A DNA stretch of 64,000 nucleotides from positions 88,228,001 to 88,292,000 of the forward strand of contig OZ076409.1 of NCBI GenBank assembly GCA_964187785.1, read 5' to 3'. The notes under the pieces were generated by a model. The model was not told the DNA's origin and searched no databases. It saw nothing but the letters and a program-made list of their open reading frames with translations. The first letter of the stretch is position 1. The number at the start of each line of letters is the position of its first letter. This document shows, in pieces, positions 1 to 13,232 of this stretch. This DNA is from Amphiscolops sp. MND2022. Taxonomy: Eukaryota. The translations under genes were made by a program, and so were the position numbers.

Positions 1-949
1 ACATGAGTGAGAAAAAGTATTTGGCATGCAAAAAGCGTCATAAACCCGGGAGTTCTACTTCTTGCTAAGAAGCAGATTCGCACAGAAGCCGATTTTCTGC
101 GCAAGTTACCATTTCAGGTTTAAATAATTTGGCTTCAATTTTGATTTCTGCATTCTCAAACTCACAAATGACGATATTTGGAAGAACTTTTTGTAACGTT
201 CAGCAGCTGTGTCACAGAACGCCTGTCAGAAATACACCAAAATTTCGAAGCACAGAACAAATTAAAAATGGCCGACCTGGCACGTACTTGAATTCATAAG
301 CGGACGTTTCCGGAACCCGGAATCAAGGTGCAACCTATCTATGGACTGTTCCAAAAACTTTATCTTCATGAGAATGCTGAAAGTATCCATACTGGTTAAT
401 TTCGTGAGTTGATAATGTTGTTTTGCAGATGTACGATTATGCTGGATCTAGTAGATCCCCATTTTAGATCTTATTCCCCTGATATGATGTATTTCAGCTA
501 ATTGCCGTTTTGGGACCTCGGAAGCATGTAGGAAGTCGCAGGAACCTTAGGATTTGTTTTTACAGGCTTTTGGGGCGTGCTCGGACTTCGGTCGGCAGCG
601 CCGGCATGTCGCCTCGGAGCTCTAGCATGAGGAGCGTCCTTGACGTTTGAAAAGTCCCCTAGGAGATCCTTTTGGGTTCAACAACTAGTGTCTTGGCTTG
701 TAGTAAGACAACGGTTAAATCAACATGGTATTATCCCAGTTCTAAGATGTACACTGCTAGATTGACGTTACATGTGTTTATGGGGATCAGGAATAGTATC
801 TAAAGGAACAGTATCTAAAACAGTATGATTGGTCAAAACAGCCTCATCTATGTCAATTTGAGTGATCGAAATGGTTTATATATTATTCCTTTAGATACTT
901 TCGGTTTCCCTTTTTTTGTTTTTTTTTCCAAAACGAACTGGAGAAAGGG

Positions 950-1361
950 TACAAGTTAATCTGTTTTTCAATGAATAGTTTGACTTTTGATTGACAACTC
1001 AGGCAAGAGTTATTGTTGTTTTCTATTGAGTGACGAAGAATTTTTTAATTCCAAGATCAATTGTAATCCATGCTTTTTCTTCGAGTTTTTACTCAGCTTA
1101 GTACAAGTGATCACTTGAAAACTAAAATTTGAAATTTTTAGTTAAACCTGCTTGGATGTTTTTTCAAGTTTTTTCTTAGGTTGTCGCTATATTTTTTCAA
1201 ATGTGCATGGATCTGCTTAAAAGATTTTGCAGGTTGCATGAAAATTCCACAAAAATTTTCCATGCATGCTCTCAGCATTTTCTACGTTTCTCAAAAATTT
1301 AGAATGCAAGCATGAATGCATGGATGCAACATAGAAACCTTTCCGGCAGGTTCGACTAGGG
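950..1361 (-). repeat. Dispersed repeat (likely non-autonomous DNA transposon end), family with CCCTAGTCGA..GCCGGAAAG terminus, copy 1
   Basis: Reverse complement matches 2906-3320 and 49134-49530 (shared ccatgca/catgcaggcta/cttccaagc blocks). Inner boundary approximate. Confidence 0.5.
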
Positions 1362-1494
1362 AAGTCTTGAGCTAACCTGCTTCGCCTTGTTTCTCGCACA
1401 AACAGCGGTTCATCTCATAATCACATTTACAACTCACACTGGTGGGCCAAGTGCTGGAGCAACAGTCGGACTCCTTGACACAAAACGAGAAAAA

Positions 1495-2568
1495 ATGGCC
1501 ACAGGCTCCTTTGTACAGGCCGAAAACATGACGAAACGAGAGAGCTTGTATTATCAACAATACGTGAAATACTTGAAGCAAGTTGGTACTAGTTGTCGTC
1601 GTCATCAGTAGCTAGCTACTTGTGATGCTTAGAAGTCACGAAATGCTGACACATCTGACTTCTGAAATTTCGATTAAAATTTGGAAATCAAAAAGGTCAT
1701 TTCGAACAACGTTTTGCTTTTTGTGCATAAAAGTTGGAACAAACTTGTGGAGCGCTTGGTGATCATCGTAGACACAATCAAAGATCATCTAGAGAATATG
1801 AGCTTTGAAAACTGAAAACGTTGCAACTTAGTACATGTGTCTCATTTATTTTCATTTATCTAATCACATATCTAAACAGCTTATGTCAATTTTCATTCAT
1901 GTTTTTTGGAACTGTTACAGAGCTTTAAAGTCATCATACTTTTCAATAAAGGTTCAATTTGCCAAATTCTGAGGTTGGATTAACTGTCTGAAAATTTTCC
2001 AAGTATTCATCCCTGAAGTGAAATTGGTTATCAGTATTTTGAAGTTTTTCTCAATAGATTCTCACAGTTTGTTTAGAAGTGTGTACAAAAGCTTAGAAGT
2101 GAGATCTCGAAAGAAAAAACATCAGCTTGTTGAATTCACGACTAATCTTTGACATTTTTTGATAGATTAAGGGAGCCAAGTAGATGAGAATCAAATGCGC
2201 ACATATCTAAGTTTGAAAAACAAACCTTCGGTCGAAGTATTAGAAGCAATGCTTTGCCAATTGTGCGTTTGCTCAAAATCCGGGTGGTTTACTATAGAAC
2301 CGAATGGATTACTTTTTTCATCTCAATCGAGCTCCTTAATGAATCGAGCACGAAACTTCAAAGTTTTATAGAAAATTTACAGCGCACTTCAGCTCTCAGA
2401 GTTCTACACACAAAAGACGGCTCAAACCTATCAAGTATGGGAACAATTGATACAGCCGCTCATATGCATTTCATCAATGGCTGTTTCAAAAAGCTTTCCT
2501 TGGGGAAGAAAACGACAGAAGCTACAAAAATTTGCTCCTTTCAAACGCAGTTGTTTAAAACGATGTAG
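1495..2568 (+). CDS. Possible small two-exon gene (1495-1581 + 2383-2568, ~90 aa), product unknown
   Basis: aaaaATGg start context; CAA|gt donor at 1581/1582 and tttacag|CGC acceptor at 2382/2383 join two open frames in phase 0. No recognisable domain. Confidence 0.2.
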
Positions 2569-2905
2569 ATAATAATCAGATTGTTGTTTTTTCAAATTCG
2601 TACCATCGTAATACGTAGTTAGATACATACTATATACTGAGTTTGTAAAATTCGCCTATGTTCCTCCAAGTTGATGGATTTCATATGATAAAAGTTCGTT
2701 GTGGGTTTACCTGTTTTTGAACCTACTCGTTGAAATAACACACGCTACAGTAACAAATTCTCCATCATCCTATGAAAGAAAGAGTTTATTTCAGTTAACT
2801 ATTTGCCTAAACGTCTCCGCCTTTATTTAAAAAACTTTATGGTTAGTTATTATTCAATTCGATTCAATTTTCTGAAATCAGTTTTTCGAGATTCTGAATT
2901 GGCAG

Positions 2906-3320
2906 CTCTAGTCGAATCTGCCGGAAAGTTTCCCATGCGGAATTCATGCATGCAGGCTAATTTTTCAAATATAAAACATGAAAAATTCAGGGACTTTGCA
3001 TGGAAAAGTTTTGTATAACTTCCAAACAGTTTCTTAAAAGCCCAAAGCATATCCATGCACTTCTTCACAATCTTCCAAGCAGTTTACAGAATTTCTTCAA
3101 AAAAAAGGAATGAAGAAAACGAAGACTCCGAGCGATGTTAAACCTCCAGAAAAACGTAGAAAACTTATTCAAACGCTGTCTCTTCATCTTAAAGCTCACT
3201 GTACTTCATCAAAAAATTAATTCAATAGAAAAAAAATAACTGAGTCAATGCAAAACCAGACAAATAGACACAAAAAAGACAATTCACAAGCATTCAAATT
3301 TTTCGTCACTTTACTTGAAG
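2906..3320 (+). repeat. Same dispersed repeat family, copy 2
   Basis: ctctagtcgaatctgccggaaag is the near reverse complement of ctttccggcaggttcgactaggg (1339-1361); downstream sequence aligns by eye with 49134 onward. Confidence 0.5.
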
Positions 3321-4965
3321 TACTCTAGACCAAAACTGCTATCTTTTGTAAATACGGATATCGTTAAAGCATTCAAAAGTTTAATTTTGTTGACTCTGGA
3401 TTTTGATGGAACTCACTTTGGAACTCGTACCACGCTAATCATCCGGACTCAACATCCAAATATGACTATAATACGGTGGAAGTAAAATTCAAAGAATACT
3501 TTTATGAACAGTTCCTTGAAGATAGAGACACCAAAGTTTATGGAAAACTCAGTTGGAAAGAATTCCGTTTCAATAAGAATCCGTGAGAGCAAACTGTAAG
3601 GTAATTTTTACTCACTTAATATTTTTTACTATTACCCCTACTTTATCCATAATTATTTTTTATTAACCAACACAGTCCTGTTTTTATTTTTTTTTCAACA
3701 TATCAATGTGAATTCACATGTTCTTTTTTATGCACCTTTTTGCAAGTCAAAACGAAAAAAGATCAGAAGTTTTTGATTGACGTTCAACAGCTTTGAAAGA
3801 ACATCAAGATTGATTGGATAATTGGATAATCCAAGCTTTTGTCATGAATTATTAATTTAGCACAAGGCTTTTTGGTTGCCGAGAAGCATCAAATCAGAGA
3901 TTCAGCGAAATATCCCAGGAAAAAATGGCTAACTTTCTTGAAAGGAGTTCATTGATGCTTTTAGTTTTGCAATCCTATCATTTCTCGAAAAACTGTGACT
4001 TTCATGATTCAATGTTCTTGCTCTGAGCTTCCTCTCAACGGTTTCTCAATTGCTTTTCTCACGAATCAACGTATTGAGATAAGTTTAATCGCAACAGATT
4101 TATATCTATACCCTATCTTCGTACACGGAAACTAAGACCAACCTTCATTTTCTGGTGAAATTTCATCTGAATTACTTTTAGGCAAAAACGTCAGTGACGT
4201 ACCATCCACAGGCCTCTGTGGATACACATATCTACAAAAATAAGCGTTGTATCAGCAATAATCGAAATCACCAATCAGATTTTCGATTAAAAAATGCTAA
4301 TGAAAGGTTTTCAATGATCAAAATTTTTTTGAAAATCTGCTGGAATGCAACTGAAAAAACATGAAAATTTCTTACCAAATCTAAGAAGACTTTAGCCATG
4401 GAAAATTCCCAAAAACCAAGTTTTATTTTTTGACATGAAAACAACGAGTGTACTACTATCTGGGCTTCGGATGACGCGTTCTTGATTAAGTCCGATATAA
4501 ATGTCTGACACTGATTTGTCCTGCAATTTGACGTTGCTCTTAGCGATTGACAACAGATTAAAAAACACTGAAATTTTGACATCTTGTTGACCAATGTTTG
4601 TTATATTTGCGAAATTTTTACGGATACTGCTTTCTACTGGTCACCTAAAAGTAACAACGTGATTTTTTTGACAACTCGGTTCAGAGTCACACTTCGAATG
4701 AAATGCCTTTTGCTGCTTAGTTCATATTTTCTATTTGAGAGAAAAATCTTATGCGTACAGTTGTAGGGGGTAACTTAGTAGTGAGGAACTTTTTCGTACA
4801 ATGGTATATATCGAGGGAACTTTGTTAATTCCACATTATAGTTAATGGTTTACCACGTACATTTGTAACCAATTTTTGCAATGTTTACACCAAAACTATT
4901 TGCAAGCAAAATGCAGTCATTTTTGGCGCCATTCAATTACAAGACGAGATACCGAATTTTGAAAC

Positions 4966-5184
4966 TGACTGATGAAACTTATACCTCAAAACACTTAGAT
5001 AATTAATCAAGATTTGAGTTGGAAAATTACAAGTTTCAGCAGAAATATGCCTGAGGGAAATTATACGAGAAACTGAATTTTGAACGTGACTGATGAAACC
5101 TATAACTCAAAACACTTAAAAAATTTATCAAGATTTTAGTTGGAAAGTTACAAGTTTCGGCAGAAATATGCCTGGGGGAAATTA
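4966..5184. repeat. Tandem duplication, two ~100-120 bp copies
   Basis: actgatgaaac..tcaaaacactta..tcaagattt..agttggaaa..tacaagtttc..cagaaatatgcctg..ggaaatta occurs at ~4966 and ~5089. Confidence 0.8.
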
Positions 5185-5337
5185 CAACACCCCCTTTTTT
5201 GAGAAACACTTCATATTATGCTTTAAATGTCATTTACTTATACCACATTTTTCGACTTATATTTACTGTAGAATTGTAAACCAGATTTATACCATTACTA
5301 GATAGGGATTAGAACGACTGAATTGCTATAGTCAAGT

Positions 5338-7349
5338 TGGGTCTTAGGACCAAAAGACTAATTGATCAACCTCTCAATCTTCACAACTTTTCGCTAGAGT
5401 TAGGGCGACTAAGTAGCTACTCTCATACTTGGAGAGCCGGAGCGCGTGAAGGTACAATGAAGGAAGTGTGTGACGGATCACATCGGATCCATACAAGTGC
5501 AAAGAGGGATCGCAGGAGATTCCTAGGGGTCACATCGGACCCATCAAGCAAAAGATACAGTCCTTTAAAACAAGAAAACCAGGATTTGTTTAGTAACGGT
5601 CCACAGTACTAAGCAACGGAACATGGCGGAGTAAAGCTTGTCAAGCCTCAGCGCAGGATAAGGGCAAGCAGCCGTTACAGTCATGGTACTACTTATGAAC
5701 CAAAAAATGTAACGCATCAAAAATTTTGAGGTCTCGAAGCATCAAATAATTGTAAACAGACACTTCAAATTAATTTTCAACGCTGCATTTCAGCATGACA
5801 ACTTTTTTGAACTGACAAGCTTGACGTTAATGAAGCTGTTTTACCCAAAAGAAACTTAATTGAACGGGTATTTGAATGTCTCGGAAACAAACAGGCCTTG
5901 CTGCTGCATAACGTGGATTACATGTTGAGTCTTATGAATTAAAGAACGCAGAGAAGGCTCACCCGAAATTTGATTGAATTAGAGAACTTTCTCGCCAAAT
6001 GAGAATCGAAATGAGGGTATTGGTTCCCGTATGTAAAGCAAATTTTCAAGACTCCAGATGACGAAGCAAATATGTTGAAACTGTGCCAGATCACTACGAG
6101 ATGCCCTCCCACAAGAACGCTGCAACAATGTAGTTACAATCCAACGGAGATTACAAGCTCTGAGCAAAATATTGGTGAAAAGAGATCACCAACTCTGTCG
6201 AAAGACGTTAATGAAATTGAAAAATCAGACGATCCAAACCTTTTGAATTGAATAACTTTGTCAATGATGTAACATCGGTACCCTGAGAAAGGGATAACGG
6301 GACAAAACAACCTTGAAGGACAAGAAAACAGCAGAGTTGTCTCGAAGCCTTTAAAGGGATATCGATTGGCCTTCTAGCCTAAAATACAATGTCGAAGCTG
6401 AAAGAAATTGATGAACAGCTAGCTGCAAGGAAACTTTAAGCTGAGACCCACAGAAACGAGAGGAAATCGGCATGCATGTTCAAGAACTCACAGGAGAACT
6501 CGGTTCAACCAAACTCGAAAACAGTAAACGGAGACTAAAGGAACCTGCGAAACCAAAATGGAATCAACTCGAAAAGTAGTCAGCGATGGCAAACAGAATC
6601 AGAGTGAGTGATACGGTAATTGCAAACAGGTGAATATCCTAAGATGTATTACTGGACTTTCACGGACGCCTCAACTTCAAGGAAACTAAAACCAGGGACT
6701 GAAGTGCTCATGTTCTGAACGACATGAATGTCGTGACGGAAGTCGTACCACACCTCGAAAGCCCCAACAAAACCTCCTTCCTGCCAACAGGTTCGCAACT
6801 GTTAACTGTGAAGCAAACTGGATCACAACAACCTTCAAGCAAGGAAGTTTCAACTCTCTATTTGTGTAACAGGGGCCAAGAGGAAAAACGAACAGAGAGA
6901 AAGTCCTAAGAGCGTAACTCTCAACTGGATAGCAGAAGGAATGTTTACGGAGAATAAAAGGAAAGCAGAACAGTTAGATTGTTTCTCAATTTGTTGAACG
7001 ATATGCGACAAAACACATGAGCGTGGGTCAACATAGGATTCAACGGTTGCTAATGGCAATAATGGTGATTGATAGTGAACAACTCTGGCGATGCTACTCA
7101 CAGCAGAGGGAATGCAGACTTTGTTGGAAACATTCGTCGTTGAAATCAGTCGTCAAGACGTTCGTACAGAATCTCTCTTTGTGGCTATATATCATACAAA
7201 ATTGAGAAGAAGGAGACCATCTCGTTGTGACAGATCATATAATACTGCGAAGACGGAAGATCTTATAATGCTCAATGACGAAAAGATGGGCAGAACATGC
7301 TCTCGCAACAAGCATGCGAACTCCGGATAAATTGAACCTCCGATACGAA
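5338..7349 (+). mobile_element. 5' (gag/protease-side) remnant of a decayed BEL/Pao LTR retrotransposon interrupted by the Polinton
   Basis: Higher-GC, purine-rich fragmented coding-like sequence that would be continuous with the BEL integrase tail on the far side of the Polinton. Family assignment rests on the 3' part. Confidence 0.35.
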
Positions 7350-7350
7350 A

Positions 7351-7456
7351 GTAGTAATCGAATTCCCCTTCCTAATATATAATAAAAATTTAAGCTCGTA
7401 AAACCATTAAAAAATTAATCTTTTTTCACAAAATACCAATCAAACCATCTAAAAAT
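7351..7456 (+). repeat. Polinton left terminal inverted repeat (perfect 106 bp, imperfect to ~7522)
   Basis: gtagtaatcgaattccccttcc...caaaccatctaaaaat is the exact reverse complement of 22087-22192. Confidence 0.97.
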
Positions 7457-7770
7457 TGCCTTTTTTTCGCAACTAAAAATTTAACAAAATATAAATCATT
7501 GTACAAAAATTTTCATGGAAAATATTTGTCATGAAGCAAAAATTCACTAACCTCTATATGCGGAGCCAGCGTTGCTGTGTTGCTGTGGATGGTAATAGAG
7601 AAAATTTGTGAAGCAAAATTTTTGGAATGAAGGTAGCATTCAAGTGGAATAACAAATACGCAAAGCGCCTTCGGTGCGTTCAAGTGGAAAACACAACTGG
7701 TCGATAAAACAACTACCGCACAAAATTTCTTGGCAACGTAAATCAAAGAAAAAATACCAGACAGTGTACC

Positions 7771-7942
7771 AGACATCTCTGTCTAGTATTTTCTAATACT
7801 AGACAGAGCTGTCTAGTATTTTCTAATACCAGACAGAGCTGTCTAGTATTTTCTAATACCAGACAGAGCTGTCTAGTTTTTTCTAATACCAGATACAAAC
7901 AGTTCAGTATTTTCCAAAACCAGACACAAACAGTTCAGTATT
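7771..7942. repeat. Tandem array of 30-bp palindromic units (4 copies plus 2 diverged)
   Basis: Unit agacagagctgtctagtattttctaatacc; across units it forms AATACTAGACAG-ag-CTGTCTAGTATT. Confidence 0.9.
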
Positions 7943-7973
7943 GAATTCCGTATCGATTAATTGTTGAAGCAAA

Positions 7974-8360
7974 ATGAGTAATAAGAAAGAACTGGTGAAA
8001 AGAATAAAGCAAAAGAAAGACAACATGAATGATTTATTCGACCAAATTCAAGCAGATTTAACCAAAGAGCACCTGTTTAACCCTATGCTTCTGGAGTTTT
8101 GTAAAGAAATGTTTGTCAATGATGCTCCTATGGATGTGGCGGCGACGGAGGAAAAGCTAAAAAACATGGAAAACATTCTAGAAGACACAAAAAAGTTGAT
8201 AAAAGAGTACAATGCTTTACGTCAGTACAAAATACAGTTAAAATCGCTGAAAGAAGCTGGCAATATCAAAAAAGAACGAGCAGAAAAGCGGAAACGGGAC
8301 GAGGAAGATGAAGAGGAGAAGGCCCTGGCGGGTCCCAGCATACCAAAACAAATTATTTAA
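7974..8360 (+). CDS. Polinton accessory protein, 128 aa, predicted coiled coil with basic/acidic C-terminal patch
   Basis: Intact ORF inside the TIRs with aaaATG context; heptad-like K/E/L pattern and EKRKRDEEDEEE. Confidence 0.65.
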   Translation: MSNKKELVKRIKQKKDNMNDLFDQIQADLTKEHLFNPMLLEFCKEMFVNDAPMDVAATEEKLKNMENILEDTKKLIKEYNALRQYKIQLKSLKEAGNIKKERAEKRKRDEEDEEEKALAGPSIPKQII

Positions 8361-8736
8361 CAATGACTGAAAGGGAAATTAACTCGATGAAGGTGCTTTC
8401 TATACTACAATGTAACCTTTCAAATCAATTAATTCTTATTATTTGATTTTTTTCAATTTCAAAACTACTACCAATTAATAAATTCAAATATGTAAACTTT
8501 GCTATAACCTATCTCCACATGTTTAAGGATAGCACTTACCATCTTACCATGGTAATAGTCGGAGGTTGGCGGTCTTGGTTCCAATCATTAGCTCATACCA
8601 TGAATAGTCTACCCTGAAAATTTCAAGTTTCTACCTAATATAGTTTTCGAGAAAAGTGATTTTGAAAAAGATTAAAGGATCAAAAACCACTTGAAAAGCA
8701 CTCAAGTGGCAACTTTTTCCATTCAGACTTTCACTC

Positions 8737-9295
8737 TTAAACATGTAGAGATTACTAATAGATCAGGAAAAAAGCCATAACTCAACGAATATTTGAGTTA
8801 CAACAAAGTATAATATACCATTGAAAAGGTCTTGACAAGGGTTATCTATCTAGATACAATTCAAAAACCTAGACTGAAACTATACCATCTGAAACTTCGA
8901 AAAACCTGAAACCCTTAAACATGTAGAGATTATAAAAGTTCAACATATCACAGTGTATGATACATCATTGGAAAGGTCATAAAAAAGAAATCATAGATGG
9001 TGATTATCTCCATGATCGGACATCCTCAGCTGAAACTATACCATCTCAAACCTGAAACCCTTAAACATGTAGAGATTATAAAAGTTCAACATATCACAGT
9101 GTATGATACATCATTGGAAAGGTCTTGAGTTGGAGATCACAGATTTTGAATATTTTCATGACTGGGTACCCACAACTGAAACTATACCATCTCAAACCTG
9201 AAACCCTTAAACATGTAGAGATTATAAAAATTTAAGATATTGCCATGTGTGATACATCATTGGAAAGGTCTTGAGTTTCTGATTACAGATTATAA
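8737..9295. repeat. Tandem repeat, ~146-bp unit, about 4 copies, upstream of pPolB
   Basis: cttaaacatgtagagatta recurs at ~8737, 8914, 9060 and 9206, each followed by a ..catt(g)gaaaggtc.. block; ctgaaactataccatct follows in the first three. Confidence 0.85.
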
Positions 9296-9443
9296 AAATT
9301 TTCTTAAATGAAATATTTATCATTCAAATCTGTGGCAAATTTTAATACCTTACCACCACAAAATTAAAATATTTTTCACCAATTTTTTAAAAATTATAAT
9401 TGAAAAATTTTTAATTAAACTATTTTTTCTTTAATAAATAGAA

Positions 9444-12400
9444 ATGGAGAATTGTAGTATTTGTAATTTAAATTATAAAAAAGCTTTCAAGTCTGATCAT
9501 CTAAAATCAGTAAAACATCTTGAAAAATTAAATCAATATTATTGTAAAAAATGTAATTTATATATGCCTATCTCAGATAAAAGTTCTCATTTAAATTCAG
9601 ATGAACATAAAAACCGTATCAATAAAATATGGTGTGAAGATTGTAGTAAATATATATCTGATACAACAAGACATTTCCAAAGTGAAATTCATTTACAAAA
9701 CCGTCAACAAAACGGTATGCAAAGCCAGCGAAGCTGTATTACAGATTTCGGTACAGCTTTGCTGCCCTCCGGTAATGGAGTAAATATAATTGTGAATGAA
9801 AACACATACATTAAACTGAAAATAAATCCAACTGAAAATCTTGAACATCGTATAAAAGAATTAATAAGTAAAAGGTACTTTCCTCGATTTAAATATCAAT
9901 TGAGTTATCTAGCTAAATTTTCAAAAACAATCAATGGAGAAGAAGAAGTATTTAAAAGATGGATAAAATCAGATCTAATATATAATCATACACAACAAGA
10001 TACTCATAACACATTAATACAGAAATTAGATGATGAACAATTAGAAGGATCAGGTTTTGTGTTTCAAGAAGTAGAAGAAGTTATATTAGAAATATATAAA
10101 GTTAATGATATTCAAGCATCTTCATATATTGAGTTACCACCAAAATATAAAAACAGCCAATCAATAATAAATATAAAAAATAATGATCAATTTTGTTTTC
10201 TATGGTGTATATTAGCATATTTATGTCCAGTTGAGAATAATAAAAATATAACATCGAGTTATTCAAAACATTTTGATAAATTCAACCTAGAAGGTTTAGA
10301 ATTCCCTATGAAAGTCAAAGATATTCCCAAGTTTGAAAATTTAAATATTGGACTGTGTATAAATGTATTCGAACTCACTGGAACTGTACTAACACCAATC
10401 CACGTTAACAAAAATTACTTACAAACACAAATAGATTTATTGCTGTATCAAAATCACTATTGTTTAATAACAAAGTTGCATTGTTTAATAAATAAAGATT
10501 CACACATGAAACATGTATGTAGAAGATGTTTAACAGCATTTAGTTCACAACCAGTTCTAATTGATCATATGGAAAGATGTATAAAACAACAACCAACTAA
10601 AATCACATTCAGTTGGAAGGATCAGTTAAAGTTCGAAGATTATCATATGAAAGTCCCTGTACCAATAAGAGTATATGCTGATTTTGAATGTATCAATCAA
10701 CCTCAAAATACCCCCAACGTGTTATTCAAACAAATTCCAATTGCAGTAGAATATTATGTAATTTCACCATTCGAAATTATTACTATTCATCCTTTGGAAT
10801 AGATTGTACCACGTGGTTTGTAAATAGAATGTTAACTTTAGAAAAAATTGCAAATAACTATTTTAAAACAAATTTAGAATTAGAAATAACTCCTCAAGAG
10901 GAAGAATCATTTCAACTTGCAGAAGAGTGTTGGCTTTGTGAAAATCCACTCGATGATACTAAGGTTAGAGATCATGATCATCTAACAGGAAAATACAGAG
11001 GAGCAGCTCATAATATATGTAACATGAATTGTAAACAAAGGTCATCAAGTTTTGTTCCTATATTTTTCCATAACTTTTCTGGGTATGATTGTCATCTTAT
11101 ATTTGAAGAACTCTTAACCGAAGCATACAATCAAAATTATAATCCAACGATAATTCCAAAATCACTGGAAAATTATGTTAGTGTACAAGTAGGTTGTTTG
11201 AGATTCTTAGATTCATACCGATTTCTTTCTTCCAGTTTAAATAAATTAGTTAAGAGTTTAGACAATTTTCCTATCATGAAATTGGAAGGAATGAGTGATG
11301 ATTCATTTAAAAAGAAATTAGCTTATCCATATGAATACTTAAATCTTGATAACTTTCAGGAACCATTAAATCTAACCAAGAAGATTATTGGTCAACATTA
11401 ACACAATCTTATCCATCAGATGATGATATAAAAAGAACCCAAGAATTAATTGATAAAAATAAAATTGAAAATGGAAGAGAATTAACAATGTTATATTTAA
11501 AAATGGATGTTCTTCAATTAGCTGATGTATTCGAAAACTTTGTGAAAAGTTCTACACGAGAATATAAAATTAATCCTTTGTATAGTTACTCTCTACCTGG
11601 TTATACATGAAAAGCAGGATTGAAGTTGACTAATATAAAGTTAGACTTTATAAAAGATACAGCGAAGCTGCCCTCCGGTAAAGAATTATTACTACTACTT
11701 GAAAATAATATCCGTGGAGGAATTTCAAGTGTAATGGGAGATCGTCACGTGCAATCTAATGAAAATAAACAAATCTTATATATCGATGCAAATAATCTAT
11801 ATGGATGGGCAATGAGTCAATATCTTCCTACTGGCGAATTCGAAATATTACCTCCTAATCCGTGTAATTACACAGATAATTACAATCTAGAGCAATTAGT
11901 AGAAGATTTATTACAAATACCTGATGATAATGAATATGGATTCTTTATAGAATGTGATTTACTTTATCCAGCAGAAATTAAAGAAAAAACAAAAAACTTT
12001 CCTTTTTGTCCGTATCAAACAAAATCAGATCCAAACTTATTCTCAGGTTATATGAATAATGTGAATCAACCTAATTACAAACCAACATCAAAACTTATGT
12101 GTGATGTAACCAATAAATCGAAATATATGATACATTATAGGATGTTTAAGTTTTATCTTAACCAAGGGATGAAAGTAACGAAGATACATACTATTTATAG
12201 GTTTAAACAAAGTCCATGGTTAGGTAAATATATCGATCATAATACTCAGAAACGCACAGTAGCGAAAACAAACTTTGAAAAGGATCTTTATAAATTAATG
12301 AATAATGCTTTCTTCGGCAAGACAATGGAAAATGTAAGAGATAGAACCAATCTAGAATTCATTGATCATTCTCAAATAGATCAAATAATAAAAAGACAAT

Positions 12401-13232
12401 CCAAGTTAAGTTCCAAATGCATTGTGGATCATTATTCTAAGTTTAGTGTGTACAAGTTTGATAAAGAAAAAACAGTCTTTGATAAACCAATTTACTTGGG
12501 ATTCTCTGTTTTAGAACTGAGTAAGTTGTTAATGTATGAGTTTTATTATCATACTTTAGAACCATATTGGCAAAATAAAGTTCAACTACACTACATGGAT
12601 ACTGATTCTTTCATACTTAGTTTTAATGCTAACAATCGAGAACTAAGAAACTTTTTACAAGAAAACAAAGATGATTTTGATTTCAGTGAATTAGATAAAT
12701 CTCATGAATTTTATGATCCTATTAACAAAAAAGTAATAGGAAAAATGAAAATTGAAACAAGTCCAGTTTTGGTGTTAGATACATTCACAGCATTGCGATC
12801 AAAGTCTGTTTCAGTTACAATAATCCGAATGGTATCACTCAAAAAGTGAAACAAAAAGGAATACAAAAAGCTCCCAAATGTGAAGAATATCAGAATTCAT
12901 TGTTTAATTCAGAATCATCAAGTTCTACAAATATATCAATTAGATCTAATTTACACAACCTTACAGTTGAAAAACAAAACAAACTAGCTTTGAATCCTTT
13001 TGACGATAAACGTTTGTATATAAATCCAATACAAAGTTTACCATGGGATAAACACACACAAAAAGGCGATTGTCCATGTATATATTGTTTGAAATTAATT
13101 GGTTTGTATTATGAAGAATTAACCGAAAATAAAACAGATGAAGAAATATATTGGAGTGTTTGGTATTGGAAACAAGCACTCACCCATCAACAACTTGTGA
13201 AGTTGATAAGTGATCGAGCACATGTTTTATAA
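9444..13232 (+). pseudogene. pPolB: Protein-primed family B DNA polymerase with N-terminal zinc fingers and an endonuclease VII-like insert; disrupted
   Basis: Four ORF pieces give VYADFE (ExoI), CWLC..DHDHLTGKYRGAAHNICN (EndoVII-like), FHNFSGYD (ExoII), YIDANNLYG, KLMNNAFFGK and YMDTDS. Frameshifts near 10770, 11385 and 12805; in-frame TGA at 11608-11610. Confidence 0.95.

Noticed and set aside
7771..7942. CRISPR-like appearance of 30-bp palindromic repeats
   Set aside because: The units are contiguous with no unique spacers, there are no cas genes, and the context is a eukaryotic Polinton.
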